Shown here: in pieces, positions 61,589 through 64,000 of the stretch
How positions within the stretch are numbered: the first letter of the stretch is position 1
Layout of the letters: each line of letters opens with the position of its first letter
NCBI GenBank assembly: GCA_963663765.2
Contig: CAXXUA010000005.1
Location: 672,001-736,000, forward strand
DNA from: Candidatus Poribacteria bacterium
Lineage (GTDB): Bacteria > Poribacteria > WGA-4E > WGA-3G
Length of the DNA stretch: 64,000 nucleotides
Reading direction: 5' to 3'
The notes under the pieces: generated by a model
The model's database searches: none
What the model was told of the DNA's origin: nothing
The model's input: only the letters and a program-made list of their open reading frames with translations
Made by a program: the position numbers and the translations under genes

Positions 61589-63730
61589 TTATTTTGCGTC
61601 ATCTGTTTCGTTCATTATGGATGCGATGTCCCATTGCAGTACTGTGCCATCCCTACTTCCACTCACAAGCATCAAACCGTCTGAACTGAATGATAAGTTG
61701 GTTACCAATCCAGTATGTCCTTTGAGCATTTTCTTTTGTTCTCCAGTAATAGTGTCCCACAAATAGATTTGACCAGTCGACATCCCGTTAGCAAGTGTCC
61801 GACCATCTGGACTAAAAGTGACTCCATGGACGCTCTGGAAATGGACGTTCGGGAATTTCAGTACCCCTGTGGAACGTTCATTATTCCAGTTTGTGTCCGA
61901 GAGCATTTGCTTTTGCTGACCGGTCGTAACGTCCCACAATCGGACCGTCAGGTCCAAACCTCCACTTGCAAGTTTTTTCCCATCAGGACTGAAAGACATA
62001 CTTGAAATAGCTTTTGCATGTCTAAGAGTGTATTTGTGTTGTCCAATAGGAACATCCCACAAATCTATCTGATTAGTTTGATTATCCTTGTCTCTATCAT
62101 TGAAATGCCAAAAAAAGATTATTGCAAGTGTTTTACCATCTGGACTAAACAACATCTTAGCTACATCTCTTTTGTCGTTCATACGAAAATACTTGTATTT
62201 ACCAGTAGCAACATCCCAAACACTTAAACCCCCAATCTGCCTATAACGATGACTAAAACCCACAAGCGTTTTCCCATCTGGACTAAACACTGCTTTAGAA
62301 ATGGCTTGATACGATCCTGTGAAAGTCCTCTTGTGTTTGCCCGAAACTGCATCCCATAAGCGGATAATATAGTCCTGATGAACGCTTGCGAGCGTTTTAC
62401 CATCTGGACTGAACAACACCTCATGAACAGCAGTACGGTTTCCCTTAATTGTCATCATGTTCTCGCCTGTAGCAACGTCCCAAATACGGATAGTATTGTC
62501 GGAACTTCCACTTGCGAGTGTTTTACCATCTGGACTAAACACCACATCAGAAATTGTTTTCTTATGTTCACCAAGTGTTTTTTTGTATTTTCTTGTTTTG
62601 AGAGACCATAGATAGATGTCTTTGTTCCCTTTCACTGCAAATGTTTGCATATCTGGACTGATTTCTAAGTTCCAGTGCCAGAATGCAGTCAGATGTCCTT
62701 TGATTAATTTCTTTTGTTTTCCTGTAACAACATCCCATAAACAGAAAGTGCCATTGTTGCTATTCCAACATGCAAGGTTCTCTCCATCCGGACTAAACGC
62801 CACTACGCTCATAGGTGTATGGTTATTCCCTTTGATTATTTTGTTCTGTTTTCCTGTAGCAACATCCCACAAACGGATAGTTCTATCCTCTAACTCACTT
62901 GCGATTGTTTTACCATCTGGGCTGAACACCAAACTCCCCATATTTTTTCGCACTTTTATCGTATTTTTATGTTTTCCTGTGTTGACATCCCAAAAAAATA
63001 TCTTTTTTTCATACCCAACACTTGCGAGTGTTTTCCCATCTGGACTAAAAGATATCCCTGTAATAGATTCTTCATGTCCTTTGAGTATCAATTCTTGGTC
63101 ATCAACAGGACTATTAGACAATCTAATAGTCTTTCCATTTATAGTTGCGACTGTTAACTTATCGTTGTTGAACGACATTTGAGTTTGAACAGATGTATAC
63201 CCATCGAATATTTGCTTATGTGTGCCGGTGTTGATATCCCATAGATTGGTATCATGGATACTTGCACTTACAAGAGTTTTTCCATCCGGACTGAACACCA
63301 CCCTAAAGATTTCTGCTTCATGTCCTATGAAAGATTGCTTATGTGTACCAGAAGGAAGATCCCACAAGCGGACAATACCATCACCTCCTCCACTTGCAAG
63401 TGTTTTTTCATCCGGGCTGAGAGCTATAGTCTTAATACCGGCTGTGTTTGCCATCAGAATAGTGGATTTTTTACCATCAATTAAATCATAGAGCCAAATA
63501 CCAATACTCGTAACAAATACCAATAAATTGTTTTCATGTGAATACACTCTCTGATAGACATTACCTGAACCGATACGTGCTTTCGCACTGTCGGGAAGGT
63601 GCAACTGTGAGAAATCATAGGTAATGATTTCCGGTTCAAGTAATTCTTGCCTTGGCACAATATTTAGTACCACCAGAATGGAAACGATACCGATAATGAT
63701 AAAAAAAGTAAAAAACAGTGCTTTCATCAT
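61589..63730 (-). CDS. WD40-repeat protein
   Basis: WD40 repeats; start placed at MMKAL after GGAG. Confidence 0.92.
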   Translation of the reverse strand: MMKALFFTFFIIIGIVSILVVLNIVPRQELLEPEIITYDFSQLHLPDSAKARIGSGNVYQRVYSHENNLLVFVTSIGIWLYDLIDGKKSTILMANTAGIKTIALSPDEKTLASGGGDGIVRLWDLPSGTHKQSFIGHEAEIFRVVFSPDGKTLVSASIHDTNLWDINTGTHKQIFDGYTSVQTQMSFNNDKLTVATINGKTIRLSNSPVDDQELILKGHEESITGISFSPDGKTLASVGYEKKIFFWDVNTGKHKNTIKVRKNMGSLVFSPDGKTIASELEDRTIRLWDVATGKQNKIIKGNNHTPMSVVAFSPDGENLACWNSNNGTFCLWDVVTGKQKKLIKGHLTAFWHWNLEISPDMQTFAVKGNKDIYLWSLKTRKYKKTLGEHKKTISDVVFSPDGKTLASGSSDNTIRIWDVATGENMMTIKGNRTAVHEVLFSPDGKTLASVHQDYIIRLWDAVSGKHKRTFTGSYQAISKAVFSPDGKTLVGFSHRYRQIGGLSVWDVATGKYKYFRMNDKRDVAKMLFSPDGKTLAIIFFWHFNDRDKDNQTNQIDLWDVPIGQHKYTLRHAKAISSMSFSPDGKKLASGGLDLTVRLWDVTTGQQKQMLSDTNWNNERSTGVLKFPNVHFQSVHGVTFSPDGRTLANGMSTGQIYLWDTITGEQKKMLKGHTGLVTNLSFSSDGLMLVSGSRDGTVLQWDIASIMNETDDAK

Positions 63731-63805
63731 GTGAAAAATCTCCTTTTGATGCTTATATAGCATAGGATCATGTTCCGCACCTGTTCACTTCCCACTACGT
63801 TTAGG

Positions 63806-64000
63806 TTATTTTGAACTACCCGAAGTGTTAAGTATGGATGTGGTGTCCCACAGCAGTACCGTGCCATCTCCTCCTCCACTTGCAATTGTTTTTCCATCCG
63901 GACTGAACGCCACACTCCACACCATTGAGGTATGTCCTTTGAGTGTCCCCATGTGCTGTCCTTTGACAACATCCCAAAGATGAATCATCTTCCACAATTT
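63806..64000 (-). CDS. C-terminus of another WD40-repeat protein (truncated by window)
   Basis: GHTSMVWSVAFSPDGKTIASGGGDGTVLLWD. Confidence 0.88.
   Translation of the reverse strand, partial: KLWKMIHLWDVVKGQHMGTLKGHTSMVWSVAFSPDGKTIASGGGDGTVLLWDTTSILNTSGSSK

Noticed and set aside
51933-64000. Diversity-generating retroelement acting on WD40 genes
   Set aside because: No reverse transcriptase in the window and no adenine-specific TR/VR pair seen.

Overview
AT-rich (roughly 38-40% GC by eye) bacterial chromosomal window. The gene content suggests a Candidatus Poribacteria-like sponge symbiont (inference): several PhyH dioxygenases, LRR, cohesin-dockerin, LamG, C-type lectin and CRTAC1 proteins, a six-gene WD40 array, and secreted proteins ending in a KxTT(S/T)W(G/A)xxK tail. 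Housekeeping genes (trpA, purS-like, sppA, pcm) sit among very dense mobile DNA. There is one complete tnpA+tnpB IS605-type element and three near-identical 1422-bp tnpB-only elements. Their ends, TAM (TTAT) and right cleavage site (TCAG) can be read directly from the sequence. Two of the three are invaded, one by an IS630 plus a MITE and one by an ISAs1. Intergenic DNA holds many MITE families loaded with GTAG-type REP hairpins. The most unusual signal is a pair of 34-36 nt hairpin micro-elements sharing a CGTTGATTTG tail. They insert at C^G with no target duplication, into REPs, MITEs and each other, leaving an empty -> A -> A[B] -> A[B[B]] series in copies of one carrier. No CRISPR array, rRNA or tRNA was recognised.
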